A stretch of 64,000 bases of DNA from Tetramitus jugosus. Its lineage: Eukaryota > Protista > Heterolobosea. The notes beneath the pieces are model-generated. The model was not told the origin of the DNA, made no database searches, and worked only from the letters and a program-made list of their open reading frames with translations. Both the position numbers and the translations under genes were made by a program. Shown here piece by piece: positions 1 through 9,815 of this stretch. Numbering within the stretch: position 1 is the first letter of the stretch; every line of letters begins with the position of its first letter. Where the stretch lies: assembly GCA_937625935.1 (NCBI GenBank), contig OW569349.1, positions 186,001 to 250,000 on the forward strand. The letters run 5' to 3'.

Positions 1-1149
1 AACACGGATACGATCAATGTTGTGATTCAATCGTTGAGTCATGTCACATTGATTCGCAACTATTTTCTATTGTTGGAATGGAGTGCAGGGACATCTTCTT
101 CTTCATTATCAGCATCATCTCCACAGATGATGGTTGTGAATCGATTCGGGGAATTAGTGCGGAAGATTTGGAATGGAAGGACGTTCAAGGGTCATGTCAG
201 TCCTCATGAGCTGTTGCAGGCGATATCGATTGCGAGTGAAAAGAAGTTTGGTATTGGATTAGAGAGGGATCCAATAGAGTTTTTGACATGGTTTCTCAAC
301 ATGTTGCACATGTCATTGAGCAGTACTACCGCCACCAAGAGCAATGATACTTCTGTGTCGGTGGTTGCTGCTACTGGTAGTTCTGGTTCTTCACAGCAGG
401 TGACGGGAGGAACCTTGTCAAAAGCAGGTACGACCAATCTGAAGAGAAAGAAGAGCAGTGAGGGTCGACCGACAAAGAAGCGACGAATTGGTGATCATGA
501 GCAAAAGACAAGTATTATATCAGAAACATTTCAAGGAATGATTCGTGTCACTCAGGAAACGGTTTCGATTCAGAATAAGGATGACAAGGAAGAGGATGTG
601 ACTAAGAAGCAACAGAAGAAAAAGACGACTCGTGATGTGCCGTTCATGTATCTTACGCTGGATATACCTCCTGCTCCTCTGTTCAAGGATGAACAGGAGA
701 GGAACATTATTCCTCAGATTCCAATCTATCAGTTGTTAAACAAGTACAATGGAAAAACAGAGACGATTCAAGCAATTTCAAACAACTTGCTTGAAAAGAA
801 GACTTATTCGATCACGAAACTGCCAAAGTATTTGATTGTTCACATGAAACGATTCTCTGCCAACAACTTTTTCCATGAGAAGAATCCAACAATTGTGAGT
901 TTCCCCGTGCAAGGATTGGATCTGGCTTACTGTTGTGCTTGCCCTGAAGGCTCCAACACCAAGTACGATCTGGTGGCCAACATTTGCCATGAGGGAGACG
1001 CCAAGTCTGGATTTTTCAAGGTGCACATTCTCCACAGACCAACCGGGAAGTGGTTAGAAATGCAGGACTTGGATGTGAAGGAGATTATTCCACAAATCGT
1101 AAGTGTTTCCGAAGCCTATATTCAAATTTATGAGCAACAAAAGGAGTAA
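1..1149 (+). CDS. USP39: U4/U6.U5 tri-snRNP-associated protein 2 (USP39/Sad1), 5'-truncated by the window
   Basis: Frame is open from base 1: NTDTINVVIQSLSHV..RNYFL, with Asp at the catalytic Cys position as in USP39. Also HVSPHELLQA, DPIEFLTWFLN, LTLDIPPAPLFKDE, EKNPTIVSFP, YDLVANICH. Confidence 0.92.
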   Translation, partial: NTDTINVVIQSLSHVTLIRNYFLLLEWSAGTSSSSLSASSPQMMVVNRFGELVRKIWNGRTFKGHVSPHELLQAISIASEKKFGIGLERDPIEFLTWFLNMLHMSLSSTTATKSNDTSVSVVAATGSSGSSQQVTGGTLSKAGTTNLKRKKSSEGRPTKKRRIGDHEQKTSIISETFQGMIRVTQETVSIQNKDDKEEDVTKKQQKKKTTRDVPFMYLTLDIPPAPLFKDEQERNIIPQIPIYQLLNKYNGKTETIQAISNNLLEKKTYSITKLPKYLIVHMKRFSANNFFHEKNPTIVSFPVQGLDLAYCCACPEGSNTKYDLVANICHEGDAKSGFFKVHILHRPTGKWLEMQDLDVKEIIPQIVSVSEAYIQIYEQQKE

Positions 1150-1184
1150 ACACGTATCGATTTATGTAATAATTTAAGTTTTGT

Positions 1185-4085
1185 TTATTGTACATTTTCG
1201 GTAATGGATGTTTGATAATCATAAAGTGTCTCTCGCATGCTGGAGATTCGAGATCTTTGTTCTCTTGTCTCGGTTGACAAAGTGAAGCATTTCACCGCGT
1301 TGTCAAGGTCTCCTTCCATCTCAAAATACACTCCCAGTCTCTCTGTCTCTTGAGCACTCCAGTCTGAAACGGAGGCAGAGAGATAGCGGGCGACAAGGTC
1401 TTCAATTGGTTCCATCTGTTTGCTATGGTCTACACCCGTCTCATCGCTAATGGTTTGGGATCCCTGCTTCACGAGTTGCTTAAGGCGCCTCATGTGTTTC
1501 TTGAACGGTTCACTCGATTTCATGAACGACAAGTAACTCATTTCATAGTATTGCGACTCTCTCGTGGCGTGATAAATTTGCTGGAACATGTCCTCATCAC
1601 TCAAAGTCGCTGCAATCTGGAACGCTTTCTCATAGTATCCATGTCTCAGCGTATAAATAAAGTATCTTCGGTAGAGGTTGTGCAGCTGTGACAGTCTAGA
1701 CGTATTATCTTGCGAGTAGGCATCCAACATGGAGTGTGAGGTCTCTTTGAATAGATTCGCGTATTTGTCTAGGATTATATCCAAATATGCCCTCGCTCTC
1801 ACACCATTGAAATCCACATCCACTTGCCTCAATAAATAATTAACAAATATACAGAGAGCGCAGTACAACTCAGAAGGATTGGATATGTTCCTAATAAGCG
1901 TTCGACTCTCTTCCATACAATTATTATGAATGTGCATTGTTAAGAGGTGAATACTACTCAATGGCTTAATATCGTACATTGAGTGACACAGTGTCAAATC
2001 AATTCGAACGAGAACGATTGGACCTTGTTCAAAAACGAACGATACTAACTGATGGGAAACAGATTTCGCAAATTGCGACAATGAATGTGTTTCAAACGAT
2101 GAGTCTTGATGCTCAGTCATCATGTTTTGCGAATCCAAGAATGTAACATTCTTGATTCTCTTTCGCTTGCCAATTAGATTTTGAGAGTGCAGCACATTTG
2201 TCATCATTCCATTCGACAAATACAGTGACAAGATATTCAATCCCAAGTCAAGCATATGAAACTCTTGTTTGGTTGAGTTCTCTGTATTGAAACCAACCAG
2301 CAGTAAGCCGCCAGATGAGTGCCAACGAATCAAGAATGGATTTTGTTTTCCCTGAATCTTCTGTATCGTTAATCTGAGCTTGTTTGTTTGATAGCTCTTT
2401 GCTACACTGGTAATTGTGCTATCTGATGCCCACAACAGTATCGTTCCATCGGCACAACCGATACATATGTGTGTCTCGCTCGGACTCATGGCGCAACACG
2501 TGACCGGTGATGTTGCTCTAATCTTGTGAGCTTGAATCTTTTGGAAATCCCTGCTCATCACCCGTTCATACACATTCCAGTACACATTCGTCATTCCAAC
2601 AACTTCCAACGTAATTAACGTGTACGGTTTCTTGTTGCTGAACGCAAAGTACATGATATCGACTGCATTCTGTGATCTGGACCACTGAATATGCTCTTGT
2701 TGATTCTTTGGTGATATTGGGCATCGATAAATGCATGCAACAGGTGCAATCCTTTGATCATTCAACGACAGCACAATCAATGTTCCATTGTGATACTTGA
2801 CACACAGGAGACTATTGTTATGATTCGTCTTCATCTCCACCGGATTCATATACAATAGAGTCTCAATCGACAAATCATTAAAGGTGCATGACGAGAGAGA
2901 AGAAGTATGTGCAGTACTGCTGCTACTCATGGTTCCATATGTCGAAGCATGACTATTCACACTCATAAAATAGAAATTAATGTCATTTTGCTGTGCCAAC
3001 ACGCAACAGTGTTCATTCTGATGATGATGAGCAGTATTCGACATGCTACCATGATTGGAACTGCTGTGCTCATGACGATAATTCTGAGGCAGTATCATAC
3101 CACACGCCAAATAGCTTCCATTACCCTGACTATTACCACCACCACCACCACCACTCACACCACCTCCCATCATTCCACCACTGTTGCCACCACCACTATT
3201 CAACAAATTGTTCATACTACCATTTATACCACCACCACTATTGTTCAGCACTCCAGACGACGGCATCATAAACGGATGATTATTCCTCCTATTACTATTA
3301 CTACTATTGTTATTATTATTGTTATTCAACGAGAGTCGATCCAAGTTGACCACTTCCACATCACTCGTCAAGCTATGAATCGAAAAATGACACATGGTCC
3401 CATTGTCCAACAACATGTGCAATTTGCTGTCTTCTTCATTGTACGTCACATGAATCACACTGTACATTTCCAACAATTGTTCCCATTCGTTCATTACGCT
3501 CTTATTCTTCTTGTTTTGAGCGAAATTGGACCAGTTGGATCCCTGTAGTGTTTGACTCTGTTTCAAGAATCGATCATAGTTGCCATTGGTCCACTGATGA
3601 AGATTGGTTGCATTCGCTAATGATGATGATGATGATATTGTTGTTGTTGTTGTGACATTGTTGCTAGTGTTATTGTTGCTGTAGAGTGTCATTTGATTGG
3701 ATATGGCCATTGTAGAACTACTATTACTATGACTACTATGATTATTGTTGGTTTGTGATGGTGATGGTGATGATGATGATGAGAGAGGAACAACAGTGTT
3801 GGAGTGAGGATGAGAAGGACCGGGTATGCCAACCGATATGAGACCGAATCCATGCTGAGAGTGATGACCACCACTGTTGGCATGATGATTGTTGCTGTTT
3901 GGACTATTGTTGTTGTACAGGGGAAACATGCTGTTGATGTTGTTGTTGTTGCTTGTTGAGTCATAGTAGTTTGTCTGTATTAAATGAGAGGATTGTTGTG
4001 CTTTGACGGTGGCAATGTCAGTGGGAGGTGCACATGAGATGAGTATGACTCTGCATGACAAGCCTGTTTTTTTGCTTGTTGGCAT
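1185..4085 (-). CDS. WDPCP: WD repeat-containing planar cell polarity effector Fritz (CPLANE subunit), with Asn/Gly/Ser low-complexity inserts
   Basis: Motifs resemble WDPCP: LDLGLNIL, FEQGPIVLV, CIFVNYLLRQ, RRYFIYTLRHGYYEKAFQIA..DMFQQIY. WD-like segment VTCCAMSPSETHICIGCADGTILLW. Confidence 0.8.
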   Translation of the reverse strand: MPTSKKTGLSCRVILISCAPPTDIATVKAQQSSHLIQTNYYDSTSNNNNINSMFPLYNNNSPNSNNHHANSGGHHSQHGFGLISVGIPGPSHPHSNTVVPLSSSSSPSPSQTNNNHSSHSNSSSTMAISNQMTLYSNNNTSNNVTTTTTISSSSSLANATNLHQWTNGNYDRFLKQSQTLQGSNWSNFAQNKKNKSVMNEWEQLLEMYSVIHVTYNEEDSKLHMLLDNGTMCHFSIHSLTSDVEVVNLDRLSLNNNNNNNSSNSNRRNNHPFMMPSSGVLNNSGGGINGSMNNLLNSGGGNSGGMMGGGVSGGGGGGNSQGNGSYLACGMILPQNYRHEHSSSNHGSMSNTAHHHQNEHCCVLAQQNDINFYFMSVNSHASTYGTMSSSSTAHTSSLSSCTFNDLSIETLLYMNPVEMKTNHNNSLLCVKYHNGTLIVLSLNDQRIAPVACIYRCPISPKNQQEHIQWSRSQNAVDIMYFAFSNKKPYTLITLEVVGMTNVYWNVYERVMSRDFQKIQAHKIRATSPVTCCAMSPSETHICIGCADGTILLWASDSTITSVAKSYQTNKLRLTIQKIQGKQNPFLIRWHSSGGLLLVGFNTENSTKQEFHMLDLGLNILSLYLSNGMMTNVLHSQNLIGKRKRIKNVTFLDSQNMMTEHQDSSFETHSLSQFAKSVSHQLVSFVFEQGPIVLVRIDLTLCHSMYDIKPLSSIHLLTMHIHNNCMEESRTLIRNISNPSELYCALCIFVNYLLRQVDVDFNGVRARAYLDIILDKYANLFKETSHSMLDAYSQDNTSRLSQLHNLYRRYFIYTLRHGYYEKAFQIAATLSDEDMFQQIYHATRESQYYEMSYLSFMKSSEPFKKHMRRLKQLVKQGSQTISDETGVDHSKQMEPIEDLVARYLSASVSDWSAQETERLGVYFEMEGDLDNAVKCFTLSTETREQRSRISSMRETLYDYQTSITENVQ

Positions 4086-4181
4086 GGTGTGTTTGGGGTG
4101 AAGATTTTATGATGGTTTCGTGCGTTTTGTTTGGGAACAAACACAAAAACAAGAGTTTTCACATTGCGGAGGAGAACTTTG

Positions 4182-5930
4182 TCACAAGTGCTCGTCAACC
4201 GCTCTGATCGTCTTCAAAAGTTCACTCTCATAACTGGGAGTGTAGAATTTGACGGCCTCTGCTGGAAAAGAGTTGTTAATCGTGGTGATACTCTGTTGCA
4301 TTGTCGAGGTTTTCGTTAGCAGCGTTGCATCGACTTGTTGCAACAGCTCTAGCTTCTTCAGCTTAATGAATGGCAGTCTCTGAGTTGCGTCATATGGTAA
4401 TATTTCTGCGAATTGTGCCAATATGGCTTCCAACACATGCATGTCCGTATTTCTTTCGAACAAGGTGTACAATTCTGTGGTGTCATTGCTGTGGGATATC
4501 ACCCCTCTGAGTGCCTCCAAGCACACTTGTTTCAATTCTAGGGACTTTGTTGTGGAGAAGAGCCCATAGAGCGTACGTAGAGAGTTGGAGCCAACTGCTT
4601 TCGCCAGTGCTGCAGATTGAGAGCCAATAACTCCTAGGCACCGAGCAGCTTCAACGATGATGTGACTTGGTGATGATGAATTGGAAAGAATAGAGAGTAG
4701 TGCAGGTATGACTCCCTCGTTCTTAATTTTGTCTCCAAATTCTTCTCCACAAGCTGCAATCTTACCCATGGCAAAGCATGCAGCATATTGTGATCTTAAT
4801 CGCTGGTCTATAATACATTTCGTCAGTAGTTCGAGGACGCCATTTGCTTGCACCAAATGGTTTGCATACACTTTACCATGACTTGCAATAGTACCAACGA
4901 ATGTTGCAGAGTTCATTAACACATAGGAGTCCAAAATTTTCAAAAATTCCGAGATTTTGGGTATCACTTGTATAGTCTGGTTGGCAGTATCCTTTGAATG
5001 CTTGGCAATCTGTGCAAAGAAGCAAGTTATCTGCCTTTTTAATAGAATATCAGTCGTGTCGACTAACTCCATCACATACTTGACACCACCAGCTTCAATA
5101 ACTCTTTGAGCTAAGTCTGGTGTATGTTTTGCAATATCCGCCAGAGAACATACTGCTATTCGCTTGACGACCATATCTGGTTCCTGAACACACTGTACCA
5201 AGTATGGTAGAGCTCCATAATCAATAATGGATTGGGAAAGCTCTTCAAATGGAAATAATGTTAGGAATGAACTTGCAATTTGAATACTAAAATGAGCATC
5301 TTACCTGTGTTGTGCCGCGATATATAGTTCAGTCCCCATGCTCCTGCCTCTTTAATCGAAGGATCAAAAACTGTCAAGAATGTTACAAACATATCCACTG
5401 CTCCAGCTTCGATCACTGTAGCCGCCAGAGATGGATTGTGTTTGGCGATCGATCTGATGATGAATGATCCAGCCTTCTTGAACTTTTTATCATTCTATGG
5501 ACGACTGTGTGAGCAAATGATGATCAAGAGTTCAGTTCAGATTCGAATAAAAAACGCTTACTGTTTCTTGCATTGTGAAGATCAATTGATTCAGAGTATC
5601 TCCCTTGGCAAGCTCCTCTGCATGAGTGACATGAGATGATGCGAGTTGTCCGAGAGATATTGCCGCATTCATACGAATGGTACCCACAGGATCCAATAAC
5701 AACGGAATCAAAAGCTCAGATGCACCACCTGCGCTCAACAAGTGAGCAGTTTTTGCTTCCTGTGAGTATATTGCTGTTTGTCTGACAAAAGCTGATCGAC
5801 ACTGCTGGAAGTTTTCGAGAATTTTGACCATTTCTCTTGTTATCCTCGATGTTTGACCGTCATTGACACTGTATTGAGTGTGATTTAAATCTTCCTCGGT
5901 ATCATCCAAAGTATCGTTCATTGCTGCCAT
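4182..5930 (-). CDS. SPAG6/PF16-like armadillo-repeat axonemal protein (divergent), 3 exons
   Basis: Exons 5930-5562, 5494-5305 and 5242-4182; GTAAG introns at 5561-5495 and 5304-5243 keep the frame. Spliced protein follows PF16 (FQQCRSAFV, LLLDPV, FKKAGSFIIRSIAKHNP, CVQEPDMVVKRIAVCSLADIAKHTPDLAQ). Confidence 0.85.
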
Positions 5931-5962
5931 CCTCTGATACTTGAATCGTAATTTGCCAGTTG

Positions 5963-5974
5963 TTTCGCGCCAAA
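5963..5974. promoter_or_regulatory. Double E2F-consensus site TTTCGCGCCAAA in the ~100-bp divergent spacer between the SPAG6-like and Pol lambda genes
   Basis: Matches TTTSSCGC on both strands, about 60 bp upstream of the Pol lambda ATG. Function is inferred. Confidence 0.45.
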
Positions 5975-6034
5975 AATTTTCCAGTCAGAAATGGAAGAGA
6001 TAAATCGAAAAAACAACCAACGTGATCTTTGGCA

Positions 6035-8106
6035 ATGGATTGGTTCAAAGACACGGAAGATTTGCTGCAGAGACTGGATAGCGAAGACTCGAGTCTGAAA
6101 GAGACACAATCCTTTATGGAAGAACCACTGGATGACGATCTCCTGAGTCTTCAAGAATGGGACAGAAGGGTGAAACGAAGGATCGATGCTACTTCTTCCC
6201 TATTTGACAAGAGAGCTCAAAAAGCCCAATCCACTATTCAGCACAAAATCAATGTGAATAGGAAGAGAGATATGTGGGGCTTGGATCATAGTGGTGGTGA
6301 TGGCACTACAGAGTTTCCCGTTGGAGTCGTTTGTCCTTCACATTCGAACACATCAGACCTCAAAGAACGGCCAGAACCAATAGTTACAAATGCGAATGTA
6401 CCTTTGAGTATTCAATTGGAAAATCGTGATGAAAGTGTTGTTGTTGATGTCGCTCTCTCAAGTACTACGATTTCAAGCGAGAAAAGACCGATAGATCACA
6501 GCACCACGACCAAAACAACTAGCTCTATTGAGCACAAACAGAAGCCTTCTCGATCAAACGTGATGTTGTTTGAAGGGATTGTATTCTTTTTCTTGAATTT
6601 TTCTTCCTTGTGTCGAGATAGAATTAAGATAATGGCAGGCATTGTTTCTAACAAGGGTGGCACTGTGCTAAGCAGCTTATCTGACCAAGTAACGCATATA
6701 ATAACTGCTGAGAATTTATCAATTTTAAAAATCAAGGATGTTTTATCCCGCACAACCGATTACAACATAGATCATCATCTCGATCGAGGAGTACGCGTTC
6801 ATACTACGGAATGGATTTCAAAGAGTGTGAACAATCACCAATTGTGCGACGAGTACATGTATCGCATTTTCCCTATTGACTTTGACTCTCAGAGTTCATC
6901 ACTGAACTCTCAATCCTTGCAAGTGGCCGAGCCCGTTCAAAAGCCAAAAATCAAATGGGAATCCAGATTTGCATGTCAGAAACCTGGTCCGGATAAAGCA
7001 AGTCCGCATCCCAACAAAGGTTTGTAACTTTTACTCAGTTGTTCTTCAGAGCTAGGTTTGAGCTTTCTTACTTACTCCCACTTGTAGATATCACAGATGA
7101 GCTTCAAAGACTTCTCGTCATTTATCAACAGACAGGAGAAGCCTGGAGGACCGTAGCTTACAGGAAAGCTATTGCGGCAATACAAAGATATCCGAAACGG
7201 ATTCAGAATGGAGAAGAAGCCATCAAGATTCATGGAATAGGTAAAGGTATTGCAGACAAAATTAATGACTTTCTTCTCCACGGTAATATAAACAAACTAT
7301 CAAACCTACAAGAGAATAAGAAGATCCAGGCAATTCAACAATTTTGTAAGATATGGGGTGTAGGGTTAAGTACAGCAGAAAAGTGGTATGCTCAGGGACT
7401 TCGCACATTGGAAGACGTGAAACAGAAAGCCCAATTAAACTCTCAGCAATTGATTGGAATGCGATACTATGAGGACTTTCAACACCGAATTCCACGATCA
7501 GAAGTAGAGAAGATTGTGTCTGTTGTGGCCAATGTGGCGCTATCTATCCGCTCAAGTCTAGAGATAATACCATGTGGATCCTATCGAAGAGGTAAGTCAG
7601 ATAGCGGAGATGTCGATATTCTCATAACTGATCGAGCAAATGATGACGTGGAGCTAGATTGGCTTGGTTTGTTGCCAGAGATATGTGATCGACTTACAAA
7701 ACATGACTCAAATATGAATCCCGTAGATGAAGAGAATAGCAACCCATTCCTATCGGCTCACCTGTCTACGGCCAAGAGAGAGGGTAGTGGAGAGATGGCG
7801 AATTACATGGGAGTTTGTAAACTTGTTGAGTCGCAGTACCACCGACGAATTGATATCAAGATTTACAAACCAGAGCATTTTCCTTTTGCAGTACTTTACT
7901 TTACAGGATCAGATCACTTCAATCGGTCTATGAGACTGCTTGCAAGTAAGAAGGGTTTGAGTTTGAGCGACAAGTGTCTTCGGCATGTGATCAGGTGCAA
8001 CAGGGTCAAGGTTCATGAAGGCAAAGAGATACCTTGCTACACAGAACAAGCTATATTTGCAGCTCTAAATCTAGAGTATCGAGAACCACATGAACGGGAC
8101 ATTTGA
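6035..8106 (+). CDS. POLL: DNA polymerase lambda (family X; BRCT + 8-kDa lyase + polymerase), 2 exons
   Basis: Intron 7020-7087 joins the two ORFs (HPNK-DITDEL). BRCT: GGTV..VTHII..EWISKS. HhH motifs GIGKGIA and GVGLSTA; GSYRRGKSDSGDVDILIT; RRIDIK; YFTGSDHFNRSMR. Confidence 0.92.
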
Positions 8107-8114
8107 TGTTGGTT

Positions 8115-9635
8115 TTATTGTATGATAATATCAATATCTGATAGTGATCCGTTTAGAGCCGATACGAATTGAAACTTTGAATCTGGAGGGTGAAGAACAG
8201 TCTTCAAAAACTCATGTACAGTCTCTCTAGATGTACGACAATCATGATTGTTATCTGTAATGAACTTGTGACGCAGCAACTGCTCTGCCGATGGCCTCTC
8301 ATCTGGATTACTGTTCAAACATTGAACGATAAAATCTTTGAGGAAAACTGAATATCCGCGAGTTGATAATCCATCCAGCATACTCAAGTGCTCGTTATTG
8401 AACACTGCTCGAGCAAAATTCATGATTTTGGAAAAGGCGTATATACCGTGGAAAGTTATTGGAAACTCACCTAAACAACACTCTGTTAATATGACTCCAA
8501 TGCTCCATATGTCATGCTGCCATCGAATTCGGCTCCCCTTCATATCATCTGGTGCCAGATATCCATACTCATTCTGAAAATACAAGTAATGGTTGCCGGA
8601 TTTGTGAGTTGTATGCTGGTTGATATCAAAGAGGTTTCTAATGATCCTTGCGCCAGAGTCCTGCATTTTTGCCCAACCATCTAAACTCAATAATATGTTC
8701 GATGTTTTCAAGTTTCCATGACAGTAGACTGGTGGCACAGCAGATTGATCATCCTCGTAAATATTTTCTGGTGTGACTTCAGATCCACTTCTCTGTGGAA
8801 AGTCGCAAGTGACGCCGTGAATATATCGAAGACCAAGCAAGATTTGATACGTGATGGCACTCAGTACTCTCTCAGGTATTGTTGTACTACTCCGATGCAA
8901 TGTTTGTACAAGGTTCAACAATGACCCAGCAGTCATATGATCTAACACTGCGTACACAGACCCATTTTTTAATACCAGTTTGTGCAGTCTCACAAAATGA
9001 TCCATCGATGCTCGATCATCATCGCTAAGATCATCGACTGACGTACCAACTGAATGTGGCAGCTCTGTTCCTCCACACATTGGAAGCGAACTGATAGCTG
9101 TATCACCATCGCTGCGAGTCGATTTTGCCAATTTGGATGTCGGAAGCTTGTTGTAAGTCTCCTTAAAGATTGCAAGAACTTCCTCTGGCGAATACATTTT
9201 GCTTTTCTTCACGACATCAATCTTTTTCACAGCGAATTCTGAATCCAAGTGGGTTGCATAGTACACTTGTCCAGTCAACCCACTACTGCCTATCGCCGTT
9301 TCATGATATCCGTCATCTCTTGATTTACATTGTGACTCTGCGTCATGATTTCGATTCATTCCACTCGCACCTGGCGAAACCAGGTGGTCATTCGAACATG
9401 AACTACAGGTTTCGCAGCTCAAGTAGCAACTGATTGGCTCTTCAGAGAATTTAAGGTTTTTGAACTGTATTTTGCGATCCGGTACAAATTCTTCGTCTCT
9501 GGACTGTCCATTTGTATGTGCTGACACTGTTGTAGTTTTGTTAGGGTCCTCTGACTTTTTTGTAGGGATTTGTAAATTCAAATGTATGCTTTTCCGTGAA
9601 GTTATCATCTTTTCTATGTCATTCCAGACTTCCAC
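8115..9635 (-). CDS. MAP2K/STE7-like protein kinase, probably a pseudokinase; start uncertain (first in-frame ATG at 9608)
   Basis: FAVKKI, LDHMTAGSL, IPERVLSAITYQILLGLRYIH, HGNLKTSNILL, DIWSIGV..ECCLGEFP, ERPSAEQLLRHKFI. Confidence 0.8.
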   Translation of the reverse strand: MEVWNDIEKMITSRKSIHLNLQIPTKKSEDPNKTTTVSAHTNGQSRDEEFVPDRKIQFKNLKFSEEPISCYLSCETCSSCSNDHLVSPGASGMNRNHDAESQCKSRDDGYHETAIGSSGLTGQVYYATHLDSEFAVKKIDVVKKSKMYSPEEVLAIFKETYNKLPTSKLAKSTRSDGDTAISSLPMCGGTELPHSVGTSVDDLSDDDRASMDHFVRLHKLVLKNGSVYAVLDHMTAGSLLNLVQTLHRSSTTIPERVLSAITYQILLGLRYIHGVTCDFPQRSGSEVTPENIYEDDQSAVPPVYCHGNLKTSNILLSLDGWAKMQDSGARIIRNLFDINQHTTHKSGNHYLYFQNEYGYLAPDDMKGSRIRWQHDIWSIGVILTECCLGEFPITFHGIYAFSKIMNFARAVFNNEHLSMLDGLSTRGYSVFLKDFIVQCLNSNPDERPSAEQLLRHKFITDNNHDCRTSRETVHEFLKTVLHPPDSKFQFVSALNGSLSDIDIIIQ

Positions 9636-9789
9636 TAAACAATTGGTAAAAGGTGCTGTGAGAGATTAACTTTGTTTTTACCATTGTCCAAAACAAAATG
9701 GATCAACCATTGATAGAAACTCCAAACCACACTCCAATTATTGGCACCTTTGTATTTATAGTTGATTGCCAAAAAAAGATATGACAGAA

Positions 9790-9801
9790 TTTGGCGCCAA
9801 A
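9790..9801. promoter_or_regulatory. Palindromic E2F-like site TTTGGCGCCAAA just upstream of APC6
   Basis: Perfect 12-bp palindrome in the divergent spacer, ending 15 bp before the ATG at 9816. Confidence 0.45.
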
Positions 9802-9815
9802 AAACAAACAACAAA

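Noticed and set aside
2907-3964. Thr/His-rich alternative ORFs over the WDPCP N-terminus
   Set aside because: Shadow or alternate frames of trinucleotide low-complexity tracts (AAC/GGT/TCA), which lack stop codons.
7020-7087. Apparent split or frameshifted genes (POLL, CDC16, XPO7, ATG2, DOCK, GRIPAP1-like)
   Set aside because: All are resolved by canonical GT-AG introns; not pseudogenes.
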